DNA of 64,000 nucleotides, taken from positions 192,001 to 256,000 of the forward strand of contig CBDCLE010000024.1 of NCBI GenBank assembly GCA_965218585.1. Reading direction: 5' to 3'. Made by a program: the position numbers and the translations under genes. Below the pieces are notes generated by a model. It was not told the origin of the DNA and searched no databases. It was given only the letters and a program-made list of their open reading frames with translations. This stretch comes from Terriglobia bacterium (GTDB lineage: Bacteria > Acidobacteriota > Terriglobia > 20CM-2-55-15). This document shows, in pieces, positions 12,417 through 21,720 of the stretch; the first letter of the stretch is position 1, and every line of letters begins with the position of its first letter.

Positions 12417-14033
12417 ATGAGCAATGTCTTGAGCACAGAAAAGAGAGAACAAGTTGTTGCATTGGGGCGGCTTGGATGGCCGCTGCGTCGGATTGAACAG
12501 ACCACTGGCGTTCGCCGTGAGACGGCCAGTGGGTATCTGAGAGCGGCCGGAATCCCCGTACGGCCGCCCGGTAGCTGGGGCCGGCGACCGGCAAAACCGG
12601 CCAACGAGGTGACCACCGACCCGGACGGCGTAAGTGGTGTCGTTGAAAGGGTTGGCGATTCCGATATTTCAAAACCGGCCAACGAAGTGACCACCGACTC
12701 GGAGGCCGAGAATCCGGTCCCGGCAGAGTCGTCGAGCCCACCGTCGAGCAGTTCCTGCGAGCCGTACCGGGAGACGATCGAACAGGCGCTGGAGCGTGGC
12801 CGCAACGCGATGGCGATCTGGCAGGACCTGGTTACGGATCATGGCTTTGCCAGCAGCTACGAAGCGGTCAAGCGGTTCGTTCGCAAACTCCGGGGCGTGC
12901 GGTCTCCCGTAGCGGTCGGCATCATCCAAACCGACCCTGGAGAAGAAGCCCAGGTCGACTACGGAACCGGACCCATGGTTCGGGATCCGAAGACCGGCAA
13001 GTACCGGCGGACCCGGCTGTTCGTGATGACGCTGGGCTACAGCCGCAAATCCGTGCGGTTGCTGAGCTTCAAATCCAGTTCCCTTATCTGGGCCCAGCTG
13101 CACGAGACCGCGTTCCGGCGCCTGGGTGGCAGTCCCCGTCTCATGATCCTGGACAACCTGCGCGAGGGTGTGATCGACCCGGAGTATTACGACCCCACGC
13201 TGAATCCGCTGTTCCGGGATGTGCTGGCTCACTACGGCGTGGTGGCCCTGCCATGCCGGGTGCGCGACCCAGACCGCAAAGGGAAAGTGGAGTCCGGGGT
13301 GGGACACGCCCAGAAGACCCCACTGAAGGGACAGCGCTTCGAGAGCCTCGAGGAGGCTCAGGCGTATCTGGACCGGTGGGCCGACACCCGCATCCACGGC
13401 ACGACCAAGCGGCAGGTGGGGGCCATGTTCGCTGAAGAGAAGCCGTCGCTAAAGCGGCTGCCGATCGAACCCTTCCGCTACTACAAGTACGGGCAGCGTG
13501 TCGTCCATCTCGACGGTTGTGTGGAAGTCGAAGCGGCCTATTACGGTTTACCGCCCGGTTGGATCGGACGAACGGTCAAAGTGCAGTGGGACACTCTCCA
13601 CGTCCGGATCCTCGACCCGAACACCTATCAACTCCTGCGGGAGCATGTCCGTCAAAAACGCGGTGGATATCGTGTCCGCCCCGAAGACAATCCCAAAAAG
13701 ACGCCCCTAACTACCGTGCAACTGCTCGCCCGCGCCCGCCGCGCCGGAACCCATATCGGCACGCTATGTGAGGGGATTCATCGCCGACAGGGGAAGGCTG
13801 CGGTCCGCCGCATCCTGGGTGTACTCTCCCTGGCCAAGAGGTACGGTGTGTCCGCCGTCGAGGATGCTTCGGCTGTGGCACTGGAACTCCACGTCTACGA
13901 GTATCGTTTCCTCCGCCGCTATCTGGAGCGGCGACCTCCACTCGCACTCCGTCAGGTCGATCCTCTCATTCGTGAACTGACCCAGTATCGCGATCTCATC
14001 AACCTCAAGATCCAGGAGCAGGAACAATCATGA
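12417..14033 (+). CDS. istA: IS21 transposase IstA
   Basis: PGEEAQVDYG, DNLREGV, KGKVESGV, RIHGTT; ATG 12417 preferred over TTG 12387. Confidence 0.93.
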   Translation: MSNVLSTEKREQVVALGRLGWPLRRIEQTTGVRRETASGYLRAAGIPVRPPGSWGRRPAKPANEVTTDPDGVSGVVERVGDSDISKPANEVTTDSEAENPVPAESSSPPSSSSCEPYRETIEQALERGRNAMAIWQDLVTDHGFASSYEAVKRFVRKLRGVRSPVAVGIIQTDPGEEAQVDYGTGPMVRDPKTGKYRRTRLFVMTLGYSRKSVRLLSFKSSSLIWAQLHETAFRRLGGSPRLMILDNLREGVIDPEYYDPTLNPLFRDVLAHYGVVALPCRVRDPDRKGKVESGVGHAQKTPLKGQRFESLEEAQAYLDRWADTRIHGTTKRQVGAMFAEEKPSLKRLPIEPFRYYKYGQRVVHLDGCVEVEAAYYGLPPGWIGRTVKVQWDTLHVRILDPNTYQLLREHVRQKRGGYRVRPEDNPKKTPLTTVQLLARARRAGTHIGTLCEGIHRRQGKAAVRRILGVLSLAKRYGVSAVEDASAVALELHVYEYRFLRRYLERRPPLALRQVDPLIRELTQYRDLINLKIQEQEQS

Positions 14034-14785
14034 ATCTCATTGAACTCCAGCGGGCTCTCCGACAACTCCGTCTCGGCGGCATCGCCGAGGTCCTGGAAAC
14101 ACGACTCCACCAGGCCCAGACCGAACCCATGGCGCCGATCGATCTGGTCTCCCGCCTAGTCTCCGACGAACTGGACCGTCGCAGCATCCGACTGCTGGAA
14201 CGCCGGCGGAAGCAAGCCCGGTTCCGCGATCCCCACAAGACGCTGGACAGCTTCGACTTCACTTTCAACAAGAAGATGAATCGCAGTCTGGTCTTCGATC
14301 TGGCCACGGCCGCATTCATCTCCAGACACGAAGACGCCTTGTTTCTCGGTCCACCCGGCACCGGCAAGAGTCATCTGGCTCAGGCCATCGGTCTGGCCGC
14401 CATCGAGCAAGGCTATCGGGTCGTCTACCGTGAAACCCATGCCCTTCTCGACGACATCGCCGAAGCCACCATCGACGGGACCCGTAAGGAGTTTATGGAG
14501 GCTCTGGCCACGGTCCCGTTGCTGATCATCGACGACCTGGGGATACGGAAGCTCCCCCCGACTGCAGCAGAGGAACTTCTCGAGATCGTTATGCGACGGT
14601 ATGAACGAACCAGCACGTTACTGACATCGAATCGGCCCGTCGAAGACTGGGGCAAACTACTCGGCGACAGCGCGGCTGTGACTGCGATGCTGGATCGGTT
14701 GCTCCATCACGGCCACATCCTCAAGTGCGGGCCTCGGAGTTGGCGCACCAAAACGGGCTTGCCGACTCCCCCACGAAAGGGGTAG
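14030..14785 (+). CDS. istB: IS21 helper ATPase IstB
   Basis: GPPGTGKSHLA, LLIIDDLG, TSNRP, LDRLLHH. Confidence 0.95.
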   Translation: MNLIELQRALRQLRLGGIAEVLETRLHQAQTEPMAPIDLVSRLVSDELDRRSIRLLERRRKQARFRDPHKTLDSFDFTFNKKMNRSLVFDLATAAFISRHEDALFLGPPGTGKSHLAQAIGLAAIEQGYRVVYRETHALLDDIAEATIDGTRKEFMEALATVPLLIIDDLGIRKLPPTAAEELLEIVMRRYERTSTLLTSNRPVEDWGKLLGDSAAVTAMLDRLLHHGHILKCGPRSWRTKTGLPTPPRKG

Positions 14786-14839
14786 AACTACACCGTCCCG
14801 GGCCATGCCCGTTGGCCGGTTTTGAAGTGACCACTGAGG

Positions 14840-15486
14840 ACTGGGAAGCGGCAGGAGAGGCAATGGAACGGACGCTTACGCTGCGTCCCAATTTCGCAGA
14901 GGCCCGCGCCTACTATTCGCATTTCCTCGTGATCGTGAACCGACCGCAGGACGCGGTTCTTCAGATGGAGCTCGCTATCGAGTTGGATCCATACAATGAA
15001 CTGATTCGATCGCTTTACGGTATGGTGCTGGCCGCGGCAGGGTACTCTGACCGAGCGATAGCGGACCTTCAGATTGCCTAACGCACTTCCCCTGGCAATC
15101 CGGTGATAAGGCGGGGGCTGTTTTTTGCGTTCTGCGCGAAAGGTATGTTTGCCGATGCGCTCGCTGCTCTGAGGACTGGCTATGCTGCGCTCGGCGACGA
15201 TGAGGTTGTTGCGGCTCTGGAACCGGGCACGGGCTATGCCGATGCGTTATGCCGGACGGCAGAGATGCTCGCTGACCGAGCGCGCTTGCGATATTCTTCC
15301 CCCTCCGATATTGCCTGGCTTTACGTCGCTGCTGGGGAAACGCAAGAAGCGCTCGAATGGTTCGAAGTCGGCTTTGAGCAGCGCGACCCCGACATCCCCT
15401 ACATTCGTGTTTGGTTCAATGAGTCGCTCCGCGATGAGCCACGATACCAGGCCATCGTGCGTCGTCTGAACTTCCCCTCCGAGTAA
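14840..15486 (+). pseudogene. C-terminal TPR region of a large kinase-type/TPR protein, truncated by the IS and carrying an in-frame stop
   Basis: ORFs 14725 and 15103 share a frame, split by TAA 15079-15081; TPR-like helices; ends SLRDEPRYQAIVRRLNFP. Confidence 0.75.
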
Positions 15487-15599
15487 ACCTTCCAAACCCG
15501 TCGCCCGTCAAAAGGGAACGAGAAGCCATACGACGTGTCAGCGGCGCACAGTGCTCGACTGACTGAACGAATCGCTATAACGGTCAGACCAGGCTTGGA

Positions 15600-15710
15600 G
15601 AACTGAAGGAGCGGGTGCCCGTGCCGTAAAGTAGGTCGTCCATCCCTGCCTAGCGATGAAATCCATGCTCGAGTGCTGTTAAATCATCTTGTTGGACGTT
15701 GAGAATTGGC
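15600..15710 (+). repeat. Junction element copy: kinase-type tail (ELKERVPVP*) + dif-like core
   Basis: gaactgaaggagcgggtgcccgtgccgtaa ... agtgctgttaa atcatc ttgttggacgt tgag. Confidence 0.75.
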
Positions 15711-15754
15711 CTAGATACGGGCGCCAACCTTCTGATTGCTTTACAAATTCCTCT

Positions 15755-17120
15755 GAGGTCGTTCCAATCGGTGTGTAAAAAGAGAAGGCGGTGTACGCTT
15801 TCGGTGAATTCGGAACCGTAAGCAATCCCGGCAGCAATCGGGAGAAAGGTACACCACCCATGAAGAAGAAGAACATACCGGCATCAGTGGCGTCAACGAA
15901 CGCGTATGAAGGTTTGGAGGACTGGGCGCGATCCCGGGTCCAAGTCTGGCTACAGGAGCTGCTCGAGGACGAAGTCACTCAATTTCTGGGTCGGGAAAAG
16001 TCGGAGCGGAGTCCGAATCGACGAGGATACCGGAACGGTCACGGGAAGCCGCGACGCTTCGCAATGATGAACGGTACGATGGAGGTTCGACGACCTCGGG
16101 TTCGAAACACCGCCGAGCGGTTCGAGAGTCAGATCCTGCCGTATTTTCGACGGAAATCGAAACAGCTGGGCGAGCTACTTCCCGATCTCTACCTCCACGG
16201 TCTGGCCACAGGGGACTTCGAGCAGGCCATGCGCGGACTGCTTGGCGCTGGCGCTCCGTTGTCGCGAGCATCGATCCAACGACTGAAATCGGCCTGGCAG
16301 TTGGAGTATGACGAGTGGGTCCAGCAGGACCTGTCCGGCCTCGAGGTCGTGTACCAGTGGGCAGACGGCTTGTACGTGAAAGCCGGGGATCGCGAAAGAG
16401 CGAGCGGCATTGCTGGTGATCATCGGAGCCTTGTCAGACGGGCGCAAAGTGGTGTTGGCCTGTGAGAGCGGGCAGCGGGAAAGCAAGGAGTCCTGGAGCC
16501 GCATTCTGCGCAATCTCCAGAGACGGGGCCTGAAGCTGGGACGGCTGACTGTCGCGGACGGTCACCTGGGCATCTGGTCCGCGCTGGCCGAGCAACAGCC
16601 CCAGGGCCAGGAACAACGCTGCTGGAACCACAAGTCGATCAACGTGGTCGATCATCTGCCGAAGACCGAGCAGCCCGCGGCCAGACAGCTGCTTCATGGG
16701 ATGGCCTTCGCGAACTCCCGCGCGGCCTGCGAACGAAAGCGGGATCAGTTCGTCCGCCGATATGAGAAGAACTATCCCAAAGCGGGTGAGACGCTGTTGC
16801 GGGACTGGGACCGGATGATTACTTTCTATGAGTTCCCGAAACAACACTGGGTGCATCTGAGAACAACCAACATCGTCGAATCGCCCTTCGACATGGTTCG
16901 CCTCCGCACCAACGCCGCTCGCCGATTCAAGCGTGTCGAGAATGCAACGGCAATGATCTGGAAGCTACTACGTGTCGCTGAGAAGGCTTGGCGACACTTA
17001 AAAGGATCCGAACTCTTACAAGAGGTCTATGATGGTCAGCAATTCGCTGACGGCATCAGAGTCGTGATGAAATCGAAGGCCGCCGCCTGATGACTTTTAC
17101 ACACCTTTTGTAATGACCTC
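15755..17120 (+). mobile_element. IS256-family element with 8-bp target duplication
   Basis: IRs gaggtcgttccaatcggtgtgtaaaa / ttttacacaccttttgtaatgacctc; ATTCCTCT at 15747-15754 and 17121-17128. Confidence 0.95.
15860..17090 (+). CDS. IS256 (Mutator) transposase split by one extra G near 16386-16389
   Basis: GYRNG, WADGLYVKAG, ADGHLG, QRCWNHK, LRTTNIVES; removing one G joins the two ORFs (KAGIAKERAALLVIIG). Confidence 0.9.
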
Positions 17121-17187
17121 ATTCCTCTCTTAGTATTCCTTACCGAGTCTTGCGCGGTTTTCGCGACACTCCATAACCCTGTCAAGA

Positions 17188-18222
17188 TCAATCGGTTAGG
17201 AAATGATACATTCCGAGAACGTTCAGGCCCACCCACTCGAAACCGGCCCAGTGACTGTACTCCTCCATCTTGATATCTTGCTGCATCTCCTCCAAAGACT
17301 GACCTGCGGTGATTCCGGCCCCAACCTGGTCTCGCAGCTTCTCCATGTATTCCCGCCACGCTCTGACGTCTTCCCGGGTACCGACCGGCCCGTGGCCTGG
17401 CGCAACGAAATCAAAGTCTGTTGCCAGCTGCTCCGCTTCTATGATTGCTGCCATCCACTCTTGGAACATCCCATCCTCGTAGTCCATTTCCCTGAACGGA
17501 AGCCGCCCGAACGTGACGTAGTCGACGACGAACATCACGTCGTCGTCAGGAAAAGTGATCATGCTTGAATCCATTGAGTGATTCATCTCGCCAACCCAGC
17601 TCATGTTCACCCGTTTGCCGCCCAAGCGGATCTGAATCTCGTCTTCATAGGTGATGTCCGGGGGGCGCACGAAGCTCACGGGTCCGCGCACAACTTCCGC
17701 GCCACTGAGCACGCCGTCCTTGTTCGCATCGAATCTAGCAAACTGATTTACATCCCCCACCTCGCTCTCCTCTACGGTGCCGTTACCATTGCTATCCAAC
17801 GCCGCCACCGGTGCATACTGCCCGACCACTTGGGACAGAGTGGTAAGAGCCGGTGGCATCGCCAGGTGTGACAGCATGTTGGTATGACCTACAAACCGGG
17901 CGGTATCTTGAAAGACGTCCCCGCCGGAGGCGTGGTCCCAGTGGTAGTGGCTGTAGATTACGTATCTGACGGGGACCCCGAAGCGGTCGCTGAATTCCTG
18001 CTTCAGCCACATCGCGAAATCGGTATTGATCGGGTCTGCCAGGACAATGCCCTCCGGCGTGACCAAGAAAACGGTGCCGTGGTTGTTGTTCATGGCCCTG
18101 TAGACGCCACCGGAAATGTGGCTAATAGACCGATTCGGTGCCGATTGGCCAACGCCCTCGGACGCAAGTACCACCGTTAGGACCAAGCCCACGAAAACCA
18201 TTCTTATCGTACTGATACGCAT
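17188..18222 (-). CDS. Secreted MBL-fold metallohydrolase with EF-hand-like insertion
   Basis: SHYHWDH, NHS, PGHG; DSNGNGTVEESE and DANKDGVLSGAE loops. Confidence 0.85.
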   Translation of the reverse strand: MRISTIRMVFVGLVLTVVLASEGVGQSAPNRSISHISGGVYRAMNNNHGTVFLVTPEGIVLADPINTDFAMWLKQEFSDRFGVPVRYVIYSHYHWDHASGGDVFQDTARFVGHTNMLSHLAMPPALTTLSQVVGQYAPVAALDSNGNGTVEESEVGDVNQFARFDANKDGVLSGAEVVRGPVSFVRPPDITYEDEIQIRLGGKRVNMSWVGEMNHSMDSSMITFPDDDVMFVVDYVTFGRLPFREMDYEDGMFQEWMAAIIEAEQLATDFDFVAPGHGPVGTREDVRAWREYMEKLRDQVGAGITAGQSLEEMQQDIKMEEYSHWAGFEWVGLNVLGMYHFLTD

Positions 18223-18300
18223 CTGGGTCTCCTCGTTCAACAGCAAGACCGCGCTGTGCTGTACTTTCTAGTTACTTGAACATGGGCACGGCTGATTCGA

Positions 18301-18418
18301 CGGGTGCCGGTACCGTAATTCTTTAAGGCTAACTCCCGATCATCTTCGCTGACACTAAAAACCCCATCTTTTAGCCCTTTTTTCACTGTCCGAGAAGATC
18401 GTTTGCGAGGACTTGAGA
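18301..18418 (+). repeat. Junction element copy: RVPVP* tail + degenerate cores
   Basis: cgggtgccggtaccgtaa ... ctgtccgagaa gatcgt ttgcgaggact tgaga. Confidence 0.7.
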
Positions 18419-18677
18419 ATTGCGTGCCGTTAACTCAGGACAATTCTCGATGTTAGACGCCCGATGAATTAGGGGAGGTTTTCAGAACTCCAACTCTTGA
18501 AATGCGCGGCTTAGCGCCTCGGTGATAGCCACGTCGAATGGCCCATCCGCCACGTTATCGCGCGATCAACTGGGGCGAGTTTTTTAGAAAGCGCGCGGCC
18601 GGCGACTACGCGGATTACGGCGACGAGATTCAGATCAGCCACCACTACGCATAGCGCCAACGGCAAAGGGGGACTCG

Positions 18678-20132
18678 TCAGTCCCCTCTTGTCACCTGAC
18701 CGATGAAGTCGACGATTACCGTCGAAACGCTCTCATCGGCCGTGCCGAGCGCGAGCAACTGTGACGAATGATTGTGTCCCAGGCTCTGCGCATAGCGCGG
18801 CATGACGCCATGCTCAACGACGAGCTCGTGCAACAGAATGGCCAATGAGCGCGTGTAGCGCGGCGCATCCCATTCCGCCGTCGTAAACAACACCGGAATA
18901 TCGGTGCTGCTGACATTGCCGGGGACGACGCGCTCGGCATACGCCGACGCATCCTCGCCAAAATACGCGCGCTCACCGGGCGTCGGATTGTCGAAATCGA
19001 ACGTATACGGGCCCGACATGAGGATCGCGCCGGCCGCGCGGATCGTGCCGGGCGGCATGAGCTCGGGCCTGAACACGTAAGTCGCCGAATGAAAGGAGCC
19101 CGTCGAGAGGCCCATGACGAATATCTGCTCCGGATCGCCGCCGTATTCATCGGCATGCTCGCTGAGCCAAGCCACGGCCGCGCCGACGTCTTGCGCGCCG
19201 GCAGGCCAAGGATGAGTTCCGGCGAGACGATAGTTCGACTTGACGCCGACTAGTCCTAAGCTTGCGAAATAGTTCGCAGCGGCCGCCGTTGATTCTTTGC
19301 TGCCGCCGATCAAGCCGCCGCCGTGAAAGACGACAATGACGGGCACGGGATCGTTCGAGTTGCGCGCCGTCGCCGTGTGAATGTCGAGTTGCTGGCGCTC
19401 GTGCGAGCCATAGGCGAGCCCTTCCACGACTTCGATCTCAGCCGCTTCGTAGAGGGTTGGTACGGGCGCCACGATCTGAGCCGTCTCGCCCGCGATCGGT
19501 CCATCGAACACGCGCCCGAAAGCTGCGAGGCGCTCCGCGACATCGGCCGGCAGGCCTTCGCGCGCGACATCGGCCGTGCTTAAGCCTCGTTCATCGGGCG
19601 GCGAGAAGCGCAATGTCTGGAGGGCCTTGTACGCGTCATCGCAGCGCTCCAAGCTCACCGACCTGCTGTGATACACGGGCGTGATCAATACGGGCGTTCC
19701 CGCTACCGCTCCGGCGCCGCCGGCAAGCGACACGCACAGATCCGGTCGCGATTCGGGGCTCAGCCGCCCCCACTCGAAGCGCCACTGCTGCGTAGCGCTG
19801 TCGGTGCACTCGCTCGCGTGTAGCGTGGCGCCGGGCTCGAGCGCCGTGGCGGCCAGGCAGCGATCGTATTCGGGCAAGGTTATCGCGCGCGTCCCGTCGG
19901 TGCGTGCAAAGATCTGATCCCCGAGCTCCGCGCCATATTTGCACGTATGCACCTGCAGCGGTTCGTCGACTCTCGCGTTTTCTCCGAAACCCCGGATATC
20001 GAGGCAATAACCACGGGCTTCATCGAGCGCGTAGGTCGTACGCAATAATCCGACGTCATCGGCCCAAGCGATCTGTGTGCCGATCGCGATGAGGAACAAC
20101 GCGGCGCCGCAACGGTAACTCTTGTTCAACAT
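18678..20132 (-). CDS. Secreted ricin-B-lectin + alpha/beta hydrolase (esterase) fusion
   Basis: GYCLDI, QQWRF lectin motifs; HGGG, GLSTG nucleophile elbow, HNHSS. Confidence 0.85.
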   Translation of the reverse strand: MLNKSYRCGAALFLIAIGTQIAWADDVGLLRTTYALDEARGYCLDIRGFGENARVDEPLQVHTCKYGAELGDQIFARTDGTRAITLPEYDRCLAATALEPGATLHASECTDSATQQWRFEWGRLSPESRPDLCVSLAGGAGAVAGTPVLITPVYHSRSVSLERCDDAYKALQTLRFSPPDERGLSTADVAREGLPADVAERLAAFGRVFDGPIAGETAQIVAPVPTLYEAAEIEVVEGLAYGSHERQQLDIHTATARNSNDPVPVIVVFHGGGLIGGSKESTAAAANYFASLGLVGVKSNYRLAGTHPWPAGAQDVGAAVAWLSEHADEYGGDPEQIFVMGLSTGSFHSATYVFRPELMPPGTIRAAGAILMSGPYTFDFDNPTPGERAYFGEDASAYAERVVPGNVSSTDIPVLFTTAEWDAPRYTRSLAILLHELVVEHGVMPRYAQSLGHNHSSQLLALGTADESVSTVIVDFIGQVTRGD

Positions 20133-20285
20133 GACCTTCCCCCTGGCTGCCTATTTGAACTGTGGGGCAGTTCACCTAACCGGCGTCACGCCAAGCTGTC
20201 GCATCCCGCCCCCAGCTTTCTATGTTCATATACCATAGCAACAAGCTGTCAGTTCGTTGCTAGAAAATCGAGGTCGGTGGACAAT

Positions 20286-20797
20286 ATGAAACGGGGACTC
20301 CTTATATCGTTGGTCTTCGTCTAGGCGCCGGCCGCCGCCCAGCAAAACGTGCCGTTTGCGAACGGCATCCCCGTCGCATCGGAGCTCAAGGTGTCGCCCG
20401 TGCCCAAGACCTGCGAGACCGCCGAAGGGCAGGATATCCGCGTCGCGGTCGTCGCGCGCGACCTCGCGAATTCCTACAGCTTCGCGTTCTGATCGTCAAC
20501 ATGGAAACGATCAATCAAGATCGTGTGCGGCTGCTCGATTCACCGGCTTACCCGAATGTCAGTGAGGCTTACGCTGAGACCTTCGACAGGCAAAAGAGAC
20601 TGGCAGGAACCTTCGATGTCTGGGTTTCATCACATGCCGGTCATTTCGGACTTCACGATAAATTCGAGCCTGGAGACTCTTACGATCCGGAGCGCTTCGT
20701 CGGGATCGACGAATATTTGGAACGCATTCAGCAGTACGAGCAGATCTATCAAGATAAGCTCAAACAAGAACGGCAAGATCGATTGACCAAAGAATGA
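20286..20797 (+). pseudogene. Chimeric remnant: 5' of a PQQ sugar-dehydrogenase-like gene joined to 3' of a subclass B3 MBL-like gene
   Basis: MKRGLLISLVFV*APAAAQQ..ETAEGQDIRVAVVARDLANSYSFAF, then LIVNMETIN..YPNVSEAYAETF..DVWVSSHAGHFGLHDKF. Confidence 0.6.
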
Positions 20798-20818
20798 GGT
20801 CAAGTCCTGAGAAATCAT

Positions 20819-20950
20819 GCCAGCTCAACCGGTCGCTGCAACACATGCATTAAATGTCTCTGCCGGAGTTGCGAACTCCAGAGTCTTGCGTGGCCGTTGG
20901 TTGAGCCTTCTTGCAATGAAACTAAGACTTGCCTTAGGTTCGCACCGGCT
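20819..20950. mobile_element. Possible IS30-family end remnant
   Basis: gccagctcaaccggtcgctgcaacac resembles IS30-type terminal sequences (from memory); no transposase present. Confidence 0.35.
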
Positions 20951-21017
20951 GATCCTTGACTTCAGGGCTGAGTGTGAAAACATGCTGGTCAAACAACATG
21001 TCAAAGGAGCCTGACCG

Positions 21018-21290
21018 ATGAGTGCGAAACGAAAGGTCGAGATTTTCAGTGCCGGTTGTCAGCCGTGTGCGGCCGCTGTCAAGCTTGTTCACAGCCTAGC
21101 AGGTGATGCCGACGAAGTAATCATCTTGGATATGCATGACCCCGACACTGCCGTCCGAGCCAAAGAATACAGAATCGAAAGGCTCCCTGCTGTGTTCGTA
21201 AATGGTCATCCTGCCGATTGTTGCGCAGGCGTCGGCGATGGAGTGAGTGAACAAGCTCTCAGGAATGCGGGTGTCGGCAAAGCGCTCTGA
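21018..21290 (+). CDS. Small thioredoxin/glutaredoxin-fold protein
   Basis: VEIFSAGCQPC, LPAVFVNG, CC; RBS aaggag. Confidence 0.85.
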   Translation: MSAKRKVEIFSAGCQPCAAAVKLVHSLAGDADEVIILDMHDPDTAVRAKEYRIERLPAVFVNGHPADCCAGVGDGVSEQALRNAGVGKAL

Positions 21291-21346
21291 AGTCGAGGAT
21301 CGACGTAGCGGCCCGGATAACTGCTGCCATTAGAGGAAAACATCCC

Positions 21347-21463
21347 ATGAGCGAAGAACTTCGAGACAGACAGATTTCGGAAATCATCAAGCTCCTCCAA
21401 AGAATCGCTGAAGCACTTGAAAGAACAGCTGAAATAGAACACTTAGAACACACTGACACTTGA
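21347..21463 (+). CDS. Candidate 38-aa small protein
   Basis: RBS gagga; MSEELRDRQISEIIKLLQRIAEALERTAEIEHLEHTDT. Confidence 0.4.
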   Translation: MSEELRDRQISEIIKLLQRIAEALERTAEIEHLEHTDT

Positions 21464-21510
21464 AAAATGGCGAAATCGACGGAAGCTGCCGTTATTGGGA
21501 CTAAGGAGCA

Positions 21511-21685
21511 CAGAACTGATTCGAGGAACTGAAGGAACGGGTGATTGTGGAGGTCAAGTCCTGAGAAATCATCTTGTCGGACGTTGAGCATTGGCGAATT
21601 ACTGAGGTTTTTCAACGTCCGGAAAGTCGTTTGTCAGGACTTGAGAGTTTTCTTGCGTATAAATCCCATCTGTAGTCAGATTTAC
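21511..21685 (+). repeat. Best-preserved junction element: kinase-type tail + two inverted dif-like cores + promoter-like block
   Basis: QN*FEELKERV; agtcctgagaa atcatc ttgtcggacgt ... acgtccggaa agtcgt ttgtcaggact; cttgcgtataaatcccatctgtagtcagatttac. Confidence 0.85.
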
Positions 21686-21720
21686 GCACCTTACGGTCCG
21701 CTTCGACATACACTAAAAGA

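Larger units (their letters stand above)
12317..14839 (+). mobile_element. IS21-family element
   Basis: Terminal IRs cctcggcggtcacccaaaaccggccaa / ttggccggttttgaagtgaccactgagg; contains istA and istB; no target duplication visible. Confidence 0.92.

Noticed and set aside
16380-16395. Programmed frameshift in the IS256 transposase
   Set aside because: IS256 transposases are single ORFs and no slippery heptamer is present; an indel is more likely.
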